Shown here piece by piece: positions 23,030 through 34,440 of a DNA stretch of 64,000 nucleotides. Positions within the stretch are counted from its first letter, which is position 1. Each line of letters begins with the position of its first letter. The stretch comes from Octopus vulgaris (taxonomy: Eukaryota). Below the pieces are notes generated by a model that was given only the letters and a program-made list of their open reading frames with translations, made no database searches and had not been told where the DNA came from. The stretch spans positions 61,876,001 to 61,940,000 of the forward strand of contig OX597830.1 of the NCBI GenBank assembly GCA_951406725.2. The letters run 5' to 3'. The position numbers and the translations under genes were made by a program.

Positions 23030-26000
23030 TAGCAGAGGTACCCGGCGTTGCCCGGTTACATTCAATTGAAGAATTTGACTTTTCTGTTATATATATATGG
23101 ATACACACACACACACGCACACTCACACATATATATATATATATGTATATTAATATAAATACATGAAAGTACATGAAGTTTGTTAAAAAAATGGGGGGAT
23201 CATGTACATACCTCCTGGCTGTTGAGATTATAACACCTCATTGTAAACAATGTTCCTTGTTTTTCCTTGTGGAGCGTATACAAAAAGGTTTCTTTTGATT
23301 CCTACTCTTGAGCAGCCAACATACAGTTGCCCATGCGAGAAGCAGGGCTCTTCCAAGAGAAGACCAGCTACAGAGAGGGTTTGACCCTGAGATTTGTTAA
23401 AGGACATGGCAAAGCTGACACAAAGGGGGCATTGCAGTTTTCTGAATGTAAATGGAATTTCTGCTCCTGATGGAGTAAGTGGAATTCTTGGAATAAAGAC
23501 GTCATCACCTTTTCCACATCCAGAAAGAATGATCGCCTCGATAACGTGTGACATCATTTTCTTCATCACCAGTCGTGTTCCATTGCAAAGTCTTGGTGGT
23601 TCCAGATTGCGGAGTACCATTACAGGAGTTCCAACTTTAAGTGCTAATATGTGTGGAGGTAGTCCAGGAGGCTCCAGCGAATTGAGAAATTCAGGAGGAT
23701 AGTTCACAACTTCATTTATATCTGGAATTGTATCAACAGACTTGTAAGTGTGTATAGTGCCGGGAAGAGAAGGCATTAGCTGTTGATTAATTTTGTTAAC
23801 AGCGACGTTTTTTTGAGCTAATATTGCTCTTTCACACAGCCAATTGTAATTTTGGTAGTTTTGTGTGAAGTTGAGAAAGACTTTGTTTTTGAGGTCATCT
23901 ACAGAATTAACAACAGAGGAAAATGACCACACTTCCATTTGTCCTGCAGCATCGAGAGATATCTTTCCTTCACCAAGTGTCAAAATGTCCTGTGCAAACT
24001 TTGTGGACATTTTGTTGCCGTGTAGCTGAGCTCTCATGTTAGTGGTGAGACTGAGGACTGTAACATGATGCCACAGGGTAGAGGACTTTCGGCGTGCTTG
24101 GACTTCATCTGCTCTAGTGCCTTTCGGAATGACAGGAAGAGTTTGCCTGAAATCACTTGACAACAGAAGCGTTACACCTCCCATTGGAGCCTGACAGTCT
24201 CGGATGCCTTTCAGGGCTCTATCTAATGCTTCCAAAGCTCCCTTTTGAGCCATAGGGCACTCATCCCAGACAATTAGATGACACATTTTAAGTACTTGTC
24301 CCTGATCTGAGCTTTTGTTGATGTTGCATGAAGGCATTTCGGATGCTCCTAAATTGAGAGGGAGTTTAAAAGTTGAGTGTGCTGTCCTGCCACCAGGTAA
24401 CAAAGTAGCTGCAATGCCAGAGGAGGCTACAGCTACTACAATGTCCTGATGCTGCCTAACTTCTGCAAGGAGAAGCTTTGTAATAAATGTTTTTCCTGTC
24501 CCTCCGGGAGCATCGAGGAAGAAGATTCGTCCTTCGCATTGGCGTACACTGTTAAGAATAGTTCTGTAGGCCTGCAGCTGCTCCGGAAGTAATTTAGGCT
24601 CATTTTCAACAATGTACTTTGAAAGCGCTTGAATGTCGTAGGTTGTTTCACGAATGACAGCAGTGGGAAGGCTATTTGACCCTGACCTGAATGCTTGTGG
24701 CAGGCCATACGTCGACAATTCATTTCCACCCAGTTTAGCAATTCTGTCTTCAATGTCAATGAGTGTTTTGTTATAGATTTCATTGCTGATACCCTCCATG
24801 TCAGGATAGAGCAGTTGAGCTTGGCGCTGAAAGTCTTCAGCCAGGTTGTCTCTATATTTGAGCCATAGAGTGGCCGGATCACACAGTTCGCAAGCCTGTA
24901 GTAATACTGCAAATAGTGCCCTGAGACTTTTAGGTGATTGTGATAAAGCGGCCTCTCTTAAAGTAGCATCCCATTGTGCACCATCTTCTAACAGACCTTG
25001 TCGATAGCAGGCTTCTCTGTATGTTGTGCAGACATGTCCATGAACGGTTTTTAGGGCTTGGAAAGACGTTGGCCCTCTGACCTCATGCAGTAGTAGACGA
25101 AGGTAGAAGCACTCTTGTTGAGTGGGATGCACTGTGTATACTCGCCCAAGGCAAGTGTGAAACTTAATGCCAGGGTATCCATGAACATTTTGACCTGCTT
25201 TCCGTGGGGCCTATTTTTTCCATTCCAAGTGTAGTACGATGGAATCTGTGGATACAGCAAGGTTTAAGTGAATGGATCCACTTAACAAAGCTTGAAGAAT
25301 GCAGTGAGTGTGCTACCCCTTGGTTCCTCTGCCAACAGAGAAGCATTAGCATCGGTGAAGTACACTCTTTGACTATTTTCCAGGTGCACTGCAAGCTGTT
25401 GAATGGCGGGGTGTCGTTGGTGAATTGGAAAACCAAAGATGCGCCAGAAAGCCTCGTTGCTACTTATGTACCGTCCCACCTGATAATGCGTCACCTCATC
25501 CTGGCAGTATTCATGTTGAAGTCCAAACATTGCAGCGTCAGAACCCTTGTTTACATATTTGCAAACGTACTTGATGGATTTAACGGAGTTGCAAAACTCA
25601 ACGTTGATGTGGGCATTGAAAGTCTTTGACAGGAGTGGGCAGTATGGAACAATCCATCTATTATCAATATCGTGCTGTCCGATAGTTGCTGTGAAACTTC
25701 CGTCTTCTGGTTTTCTGCGTCTGTATGATGGATACCCATCAGCACCTGTCTGAGTTTCTTGTAGGAACCTCCTTGGAAATCTTTTTGAACATATGCTGTC
25801 CTTCAAGCATGGTGAGTTTATGTTGAATGCACACCCACATGGACCATGTACCATGTTTGCTTTAACTATTTCGTATAGTTCTTTGTCTAAAGCTGGATCA
25901 GGAAGCTCTGCAGAGATTATGTTGTCGATGTAATTGGAATTGACCTTCGCTGAGAGCCAAAGCAGGATATGAGCATGTGGAAGGCCCCTTTTTTTGCCAC

Positions 26001-26944
26001 TCGATTGTGTACATGTCACATTGTATGGGCCCAAAGACTTGCCCTTTTTGTATGAGCTCCATGAGAGAGATTAACTTACGGTGGAAAACTCGGGCGTTGA
26101 GATTCCGGTTCGAATGTAAGGCAGGTTTGAAAGTGTTCCCAACAGTTATTAGTTGTAGTGGTAGAGTGTTTATGCCGAATATGTATGTATGCATGTATGT
26201 ATACCTGTATATATGTACAAAATCCACTGAGAAGGCTTTTGTTGGTCTGAGGTTACAGCAGAAGACACATGCCAAGTCACCACACAGTGGGACTGAACCT
26301 AGTACCATGTGTTTGGAACGTAGTTTGTTACCACACAGCCACACCTGCCCCTATGTATGTGTGTGTGTGTGTGCGTATGTGTGTATGGGTAGATATATTA
26401 TGCATGTATATATGTGTATATATATATATGTGTACATATTACATGTACATCTATATATATACATCTACACATAAAATACGAAATACAAAGTTATATCTTG
26501 ATATCGCTAGTGATAATAATACTCAAAATATATAACAGACTGGAATTGTAGGCCCGTCTCTTGCAATTTCGATCAATTGGATCTTGTCCTCCCTCTTGTA
26601 TAGAAGTGTACGGCTGCAGCGAAATTAATTTTTGGACTTTCTTCTATCGAAGGCATTTTAACAAAAATGCTTCCGTAAAGACGGTAAAAATATTGTCAAT
26701 TTCTCCAAACAGGGACACAATTCAATTTTTAAACAATAACCAAAAGGGGGAGGGTTACGGTTTACAATTATTTAACAAATGCAACACAACAACGTTTCCC
26801 TGACGAGGAACCAACAAACGTGATTACAATAGTCAAACAGTAATAATAATAACAAACCTTTTTTAATTTATCCCCATTTACGTGAAACCACTCATTCAAG
26901 TTCAAGTCATTGATGCAATTTTATACGAATTGCTACTACACACA

Positions 26945-26994
<50 letters not shown>

Positions 26995-27330
26995 ATAAGG
27001 GTGAAAAATTGAATATTAATTTGATTAATATGAATTGAAAACTAGTGGTGTAGCATATAAGATCATAGCGGATCTTCTTCTAGCAAAATGGAGGACCACT
27101 TGTTAATGGTTCATCCCTGTATATAATGCTTTCACTTTAATAGTTTCAGTATTAAAGTGAAAGTGTCTACATTACAAAGAGAGATGTTTTTGTTTCACTT
27201 TTAACGCGTAATACTGAAATAGTGGAAAAGATATGATATTGCTGTGGGGTCGCCCTAGGGAAAAAGTTAAAATTTTTTGCCGATGACTCTCCCCGGACCT
27301 TAAGTAAGGCATTTGTAAAATTTGAATGAA
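23029..27330 (-). mobile_element. Helitron with disrupted RepHel
   Basis: 3' end CCGGGCAACGCCGGG..CTAG|T at 23029, next to (TTA)n; 5' region homologous to ~10850-11730; 5' TC terminus not seen. Confidence 0.9.
23228..26130 (-). pseudogene. Helitron Rep (HUH) and PIF1-like helicase, frameshifted and N-terminally deleted
   Basis: EWQK/RGLPHAHILL (motif 2), IKYVCKYVNKG (motif 3), FLDAPGGTGKT, VWDE, KSQGQT, FSHGQLYVGCSRV. Confidence 0.92.
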
Positions 27331-28617
27331 TCGTGTAAATTTTAAGAGTTCGTAAGTGTTAGTATGTTTTTGTGTCTGTGTGTTCGTGAGGCATAAAATG
27401 TACTGACTATAGAATTAACAATGGAATTTGGTTCACTGTTCATGTTGTTGGTATCAGCATAGCAACAGGTAGTAGCAGATGGCTTAAGGTAGTTCTTAGA
27501 AGAACTAGAACTCAAGACAGATAATTGATTTACCGTTTATGAGGTACACGGAGTGTAAGAGTTCCATATCAAGATATTGCGTCTCGTAGTTGATTCTTTT
27601 ATATGATTAATAATTTTCAATTAAAGAAATTTTGTTCAAATATTGTGATTGTATCAAGAATTCTTAACAAAATTTCTGTGTGTGTGTGTGTGAGTCATAT
27701 AATATAATACTCGATGTGTGTTAATTGCTTACTTGGCCTTTCTCACGAAAGAATACATAGGTAAGCAATGTTACCAAAAATTAAGTACTTTGATCCCAAA
27801 CAAGAAGCATGCGCGTTGATTTGAGAAAGACGAACCCCCTTGGAAATGTCTTTCAAAAGTTTAATGGCTTTCAATAAGCTGTCCCTATGAAGGCAGTCAA
27901 ATTTTAAAACAAACTTTTAAAACAATGATCGTTATACAAAGTGCATGCAGCCAAGTTTGGTCACGCAAATCTATATGACTAATAACAACATTCTAATAAT
28001 CAGTATTATCTTTTTGTAATAAAATCAATGAATCTTGTGAAAACAATCCTGTAACATCAAAAGAACGCTTTCAAGATGAGGTTCGAAATACTGTCAAATT
28101 ACCTTCGTATCATTGATCATGCTCTGAAACTGAAGCGAATTGGACTCAAAGTGTGTCATATATATTTTGTACATTTTAGTATAAAAATAGGATCTATGGC
28201 GGTCGTATCGTATAAGAGACACAGTCGCACGCGATCCCATTCTTAATAAATATTTACTGACCAGGTAATACATGCAGCGGCAAAACACAAGTGGAATGTT
28301 TGTCGATGTCTGTCGCTTGGTTTTTGCTGCGTCTTCATTATATATTCTGCTTGGTTATTTTTCTCTAGTTATAGATATCCTGTAACCGTTTTTTTTCCGT
28401 GGTGATATTTTCACACTAACTGTATGAGAGGTATCTGTAACATCTTGTATTAATGGTGGTCGCCTGCCTTTCGAAACTGGAACATGGTTGAGTATGCTCT
28501 GTGTGGTCAGAGGTTAGCCCTGAGAAGGACTTGAAACCTAAGACGAATACTTGTCTGAGAAACCTTCTTTTATACAGTTTATTGGGCTCAAAATGAACTT
28601 CAGAAATGGAAAGCTGT

Positions 28618-28718
28618 GATTGGCTGCTTGGAACTATGGCGCGAAAATAAGCGGAGGCAAATCGCGTCACGTGGTAACCAGCGGTGCGAACGTAGTAGAG
28701 ACCACGTGTCAACCAATC
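28618..28718. promoter_or_regulatory. Candidate Pol II promoter motif cluster
   Basis: ATTGG (28619), GGCGCGAAAA E2F-like (28638), GTCACGTGG (28666), CCACGTGTCA (28702) and CCAAT (28713) in CpG-retaining, apparently non-repetitive DNA. Confidence 0.4.
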
Positions 28719-29288
28719 GAATTAGTGTTTACAACAATGTTGAACTAGCCGAAGATGTTTGTAATCTCGACCGAGGTTATTCTTAATACTCTTCTCAAAC
28801 AGTGAAGATAACAATGAGAGACGATATTGCTACATTAGAAAGGCTATTGCATTACAGGATTAGTTTTGTTCTTCTAGGTTCCATAGAATAAAAACTATAA
28901 TATTGATTTAATTACCATGTCTCTTGGCCTACAAAAAACTCAATAAAATAAAGGTAACACTTTCGATACTTGTTTGTAACTTCATTTACGTAACCAATGT
29001 CTTCGAGAAAGCATTGAGCAAAATGCAGTTTCATCAGCCTCCTAAAATCAGATAACCTAAAGCAGGCATCTCAAACTCCCGGTCCGTGCAGCAATTTCAT
29101 CCGGCCCGCGGAACCATTTTGATATCAGCATGAAAAGGGCCTAAATGGCGGCATCAACAAATAGAGTACTTTGCTGCCCTCGGCAACATACATGCATTCT
29201 TGTTAAACCTACGCATACATAATGTGTGGTTAAAGTAGGCCATTACATTATATATAGCATTGACTGCACTACCTTTCTTACCAAAAGT

Positions 29289-29679
29289 GGAAGCAGAAGC
29301 ACTCCGTCGGTTGCGACGACGAGGGTTCCGGTTGATCCGAATCAACGGAACAGCCTGCTCGTGAAATTAACATGTAAGTGGCTGAGCACTCCACAGACAC
29401 GTGTACCCTTAACGTAGTTCTCGGGGATATTGAGCGTGACACAGAGAGTGACAAGGCCGGCCCTTTGAAATACAGGTACAAGAGAAACAGGAAGTAAGAG
29501 TGAGAGAAAGTTGTGGTGAAAGAGTACAGCAGGGATCACCACCATCCCCTGCCGGAGCCTCGTGGAGCTTTAGGTGTTTTCGCTCAATAAACACTCACAA
29601 CACCCGGTCTGGGAATCGAAACCGCGATACTATGACCGCGAGTCCGCTGCCCTAACCACTGGGCCATTGCGCCTCCACG
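29289..29679 (-). mobile_element. Full-length tRNA-derived SINE
   Basis: Head TGGAGGCGCAATGGCCCAGTGGTTAGG..GGTTTCGATTCCC; 11-bp TSD TTACCAAAAGT (29278-29288, 29680-29690). Confidence 0.85.
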
Positions 29680-29754
29680 TTACCAAAAGTAACAATAAGT
29701 AAATACACGACTAGAAACAACGCCACTGTAACTCTTACACCCGTTGTCTTATTC

Positions 29755-30485
29755 GTGGTGCTAATGTTGCTATACCGAAAGAGTATAAATCTCAAACGCC
29801 GCTACGAAACAAAACATACGGAAGTGCGGTGGCTCGGTCGGGGCAAAGTCTTCAATATAGTTTCTGAGCTGGTTGAGGAAATATGTCAGTTCATGGACAG
29901 TAAAGGAAAAGAATCCAAAGTTCTGAAGGATGAAAAGTGGAAATGCGAATTGGTGTTTCTGGTTGACATAACTGCGCATCTCCGTGTTTTAAACATCCGG
30001 TTCCGGGGACGGGATCGCATGATCTGTGATATGTATGACGCAATGAAGGCATTTCAAGTGAAGTTGCGCTTATGGGAGACACAAATGCACCAATTGAACA
30101 TGTCTCACTTTCCCTGTTGCCAAGTAATGTTGAGCCAAGTCAGCGCTACGGTGTTCTCGAAGAAACACTTTGCTGATAAATTAAGTGCGGTCCGCATTGA
30201 ATTCATGCGGTGCTATAGTGACTTTGAAGCACAGAAAAATAATTTCGAGCTGCTTCGCAACCCATTTGTCATCAATGTGGAAACTGCACTTGTACAGATT
30301 CAAATGGAGCTGACAGAACTGCAGTATAATGGGATACTAAAAGAAAAGTACAACTGTGTGGGGCCCGCACGGTTCACATGCGTCATACCTAAGGCATTGC
30401 CCCAGCTCCGTTTACATGCAACTCGAACGCGTTCTTTGTTTGGAAGTACATATCTGTGTGAGCAGCCATTCTCTGTGATGAAGAT
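29755..30485 (+). pseudogene. hAT transposase remnant (GTF2IRD2/SPIN-like)
   Basis: HTEVRWLGRGKV, LVFLVDITAHL, FGSTYLCEQPFSVMK; cut by the Gypsy LTR at 30486. Confidence 0.85.
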
Positions 30486-33400
30486 TGTTATGTGTAGTTC
30501 CGTTCTTGATGGGTGATAGACAACTCAATTGAAGGCATTGTTATTGTTTTACGTGTTTATTTACTTTACATGTTACACGAACTGTCAACATTCAGCGTAG
30601 TAATACATATATACTTGAGACACAGTTCGTACTGTTTACGAACAAAATAGTGCCAAAAGTGGGGATGTATTCTACATGCGTATACCTACGTATACACATA
30701 GATATGAATGTGTAACATCCCTTCTTGAAAAAAAATAAAGGGGTCTTTTGGCAGTGAAGACAAATATAAGTATTCTCCCTTACTCTATGGATTGTCAGCC
30801 TGAGGTGGCAATCCTACAGCAGAAATCGTGAGATTATTCTGCCTCTGCTTTGTAATCTAGCAGAATTAGTTACTTATCTTTTCATTTTCTTTTTTTTTTT
30901 TTTCTTTAACGGTATCGAACCGGTGGCAGAATGTTCGATCTCCATCTGGTGGATCTTGTGCTTCGCACTGGTGTCTGAGGTGTGTTGTTGGGCTGCTGAT
31001 AGGTGGTTGGTGCCCGTCGGGGTGATGATTCTGTGGGTGTTGTCACTGATGCAGCAGGTGTTGTACACGTTGTCCTCGACAGCTTTGGTGTTGGGCGGAT
31101 GTGGGCCCTGTTGCGTCTCAGCTGCCCACCAGATTCCGTTTCTATTATATATGATCTTGGAGTTTCAGCTCTACTGACAACCTATGCTGGGATCCATGTT
31201 TTAGTTATGGGATCTTGAGTATGCACATGTCCTCCAAGTATCTCAGGTAAATATTGTGCATGTTTGTTGTAATATTTCTGTGATTGTTCTTGAGTGGCTG
31301 CTAGCTTTGCCCTTGTCTCTTCCTGGTCAATAGGAGGTTGGATCTTAGTTGGCAGGGTAGTTTTGTACTTCCTGCCATTCAGCAATTCTGCTGGGGATTT
31401 CATATCAGCTCTCAGTGGTGTCGCTCGTAGGGACAGAAGTGCCAGGTGTGGGTCTTCCTTAGTCTCTCGGCATTTGACTAGTGTTCTCTTCACTGTCTGC
31501 ACCTGTCTTTCTATAAACCCATGACCTTTGGGGTAGTGTGGAGATGAGGTTGTAATATTGAACCCATACTCATCGGCTAGCTTTTTGAATTATTGCGATG
31601 TGAACTGGGTTCCATTATCACATATGATCTGCTCTGGTATTCCTTGCTCTGCTAGGAGTCCTCGAGCCACTGTAGTGATTGTTTTGGCTCTCAGATCTTT
31701 CACTTTTCTCAAAAATGGAAATTTGGAGTAGTAGCAGACCATTATTAAATACCATTCTTGGCCCTCTGTGAACAGATCTACTCCAATAGTTTGCCATGGC
31801 CTTCTTGGGATGTCACTAGATATCATTTCCTCCTTTTGTTGTGAGTTTCTGTACTTTTGACAGATGTGGCATGTAGAAACTGTCTTTTCTATGTCTTTGT
31901 ACATGCCTACCCAATATACTGCTGACTTGGCTCGGAGCTTGCATTTCTCCATTCCTAGATGCCCATGGTGGATCTTGTCAAGAATCTCTTTTTGCATTGA
32001 CTTGGGTATAATTATTCGGGATCCAGCCATCAGAATTCCATTCTCCACTGATATATCATCATGGATGGCCCAATATTCACGAATGAGGGGCTGCACCTGA
32101 TGTCTCTTTTCTGGCCACCTCTGAATCACCATCTGAGTAAGGAGCTGAAGTTCTTCATCTTTGCTGGTCTCCTCTTTGATTTCTGCTAGCTTTGTGGTTG
32201 TCACATTTACAATGTGGTGGACATTTATGCTTAGTCCTTCCATCTCCTGTTTATCATGTGAGGATAGTCTGGAAAGAACATCCGCCAATATCAGGTCTTT
32301 TCCTGGCTTGTACCTGATATCGTAGTCGTATGTTTGAAGCCTTAACAGTAATCTTTGCAGTATTCTGGCTGGTGCTTTTGTGAGATTTTTTATATGTATT
32401 TGTTGTAGCGGGCGATGGTCTGTTTCAATATTGAAATGTCTGCCATACAAGTATGTATGGAACTTTTCACATCCATATACTACTGCCAGGAGTTCCCTTT
32501 CAATATTTGCGTGCCTTGTCTCTGTGGGTGAGAGCGCTTTCGAGGCACATGCAATGGGTTTACCTTCCTGTATCAGTGCTGCGCCAACTCCTCTCATAGA
32601 AGCATCAACTTGGAGTGTTACTGGTTTGCGTCTGTCATAGAACTGCAGGGTTGTCTCCTTACTGGTGAACTTTTTGATTGCTTTGAAATCCTGTGTGTGT
32701 GAAGCACACCAATCAAACTCTACGTCATCTTTGTTTAGTCCTCGGAGATTTGCAGTGTGATCGGCCAGCTTGGGTATGAAGGCTCACATGTAGTGGATGA
32801 GTCCCAGGAAACTCCTGAGTTCCTTCTTGTCTTTGGATTCTTTAATGTCTCTCATGGCTTCCACTTTAGCGGGGTCTGGTTTAACTCATTCTGCAGAGTA
32901 TATAATTCCAAAGAATTTGCACTCCTTTGCTTTTATCACACACTTGTCTGCATTGAGTTTGATGCCTGCTTGTCGGGTTTCCTCCATAGCTTCATGTAAA
33001 TTGAAGACATATGTGGTCTCATCCTTGCCATGCACTTGGATGTCATCTGCTATCCCAATTGCTCCCTTGCAGCCTTGGTAGGTTTCATCTATTTGGCGCT
33101 GGAAAACATCTTGGCTCACCTTCAATCCAAATGGGAGTCGGTTGAATCGATATCTGCCAAATGGTGTGTTGAAGGTAGTGAGCATGGATGACTCTTCGTC
33201 TATCTTTACATTTCAGTACCCATTACTGGCATCCAGTTTGCTGAGTAATTTGGATCCAGCCAATGATGGTGCGATTTCTTCAAGGGTTGGAATTGGATGG
33301 TACTCCCTTTTTAATGCCTTGTTCAAGTTCCTTGGGTCGAGGCATATCCGTAGGGTACCATTGGGTTTTTCCTTGATTACAATTGAATTCACCCAGTCTG

Positions 33401-33626
33401 TTGGTCGTGTCACTTTGGTGATTATTTCTTTTTTTTCCATTCTATCCAACTCTGTCTTCAGCTTCTCTTTTAGTTCTAGAGGGACGTGGCGAGGTAGGTG
33501 AACAATTGGTTTGATATTGGGGTCGACTGTTATATGGTATCGACATTTCACAAAGCACCCGGCTGTATCGTCAAAGCATTCAGGGTACATGCTTATCAGT
33601 TCTTCTTTGTTTGTGATTGGTGGTCG
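30486..33626 (-). mobile_element. Gypsy LTR retrotransposon, 3' half (RT-RNaseH-integrase, PPT, 3' LTR 30486-30717)
   Basis: RICLDPRNLN, KLDASNGY, RLPFGL, IADD, VDAS, IERELLAV, HHGHLG..CHIC, CDNGTQF; AAGAAGGGA purine tract abutting TGTTACAC. Confidence 0.92.
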
Positions 33627-34440
33627 AAAGAAAATTAAGTTTTGATTTATTATTTTAATTTACAATAAAATGTACATTTTTCTTTTTTGCAACATATTCT
33701 TATTCTAAAATTTTGGAATTTTGACAGGAGATATTTTTATGCAGAGCAAAATATTTTAAGTAATTTAAGTTAAATTTAATTTATTTTTGGAATAAAATTA
33801 TATACCATGTTTCAATACATGTTCATGTTCAAAAAGTTTTAGTCTGTTCAATAAATGTTTATCCTGTTCGGACCGCGACCTGAAGTGTGCTTTGAGTTTT
33901 GGTTCCCTGTGCGACTGAGTTTGACACTCCCTGACCTAAAGCTATATAAGAAATACAGATTTTTTTCTGAAATCGTGCGATTTTTAATAAAAAGATATCT
34001 TACCAGCTTTGCTTCTAGAGACGACGCTTAAATTGTTTTTTGCTGCTGTTGTAACACTTTTCGATCTGGCTGTCGTTGAATTTACTAATATCTGCAGTTT
34101 TATCGCTTCTGTCTTCCTCTCTGTCGCTCCATCTGGATATTCAATTTCTCTTCGAAAATTGGAAAGATTAAAACCTACAATATATAAGATGTATGCATTT
34201 AAAGATATCTGTTCAACTCACCGTGTTTATCAGAATACTAAAGAGATACACTGTCTAGTTATCAGTAAATTTTGAAGAAATCCAAGCATTAACAATGTCT
34301 ACTACACTTGTATTTAGAGTCAATAGTTAGATCTTAAGTTCAGCTGGAAGCTTTTGCATTTGATATGTGCTTCTTGCGGCACTGACGGCATCTTACGCTC
34401 ATTGTCCTTAAGGGACAAATGCTTTGCGAGTGAATTTGAT

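Larger units (their letters stand above)
29063..33933 (+). mobile_element. hAT (Charlie/SPIN-like) DNA transposon with nested SINE and Gypsy
   Basis: TIRs CAGGCATCTCAAACTC / GAGTTTGACACTCCCTG; perfect 8-bp TSD ACCTAAAG (29055-29062, 33934-33941). Confidence 0.88.

Noticed and set aside
28094-28288. ORF with a donor-like site as the first coding exon of the sulfotransferase
   Set aside because: Ends in phase 0 rather than phase 1 and has no transmembrane segment.
29600-29679. tRNA gene
   Set aside because: tRNA-like head continues into a SINE body bounded by a TSD; the other tRNA-like heads likewise run on into SINE bodies.
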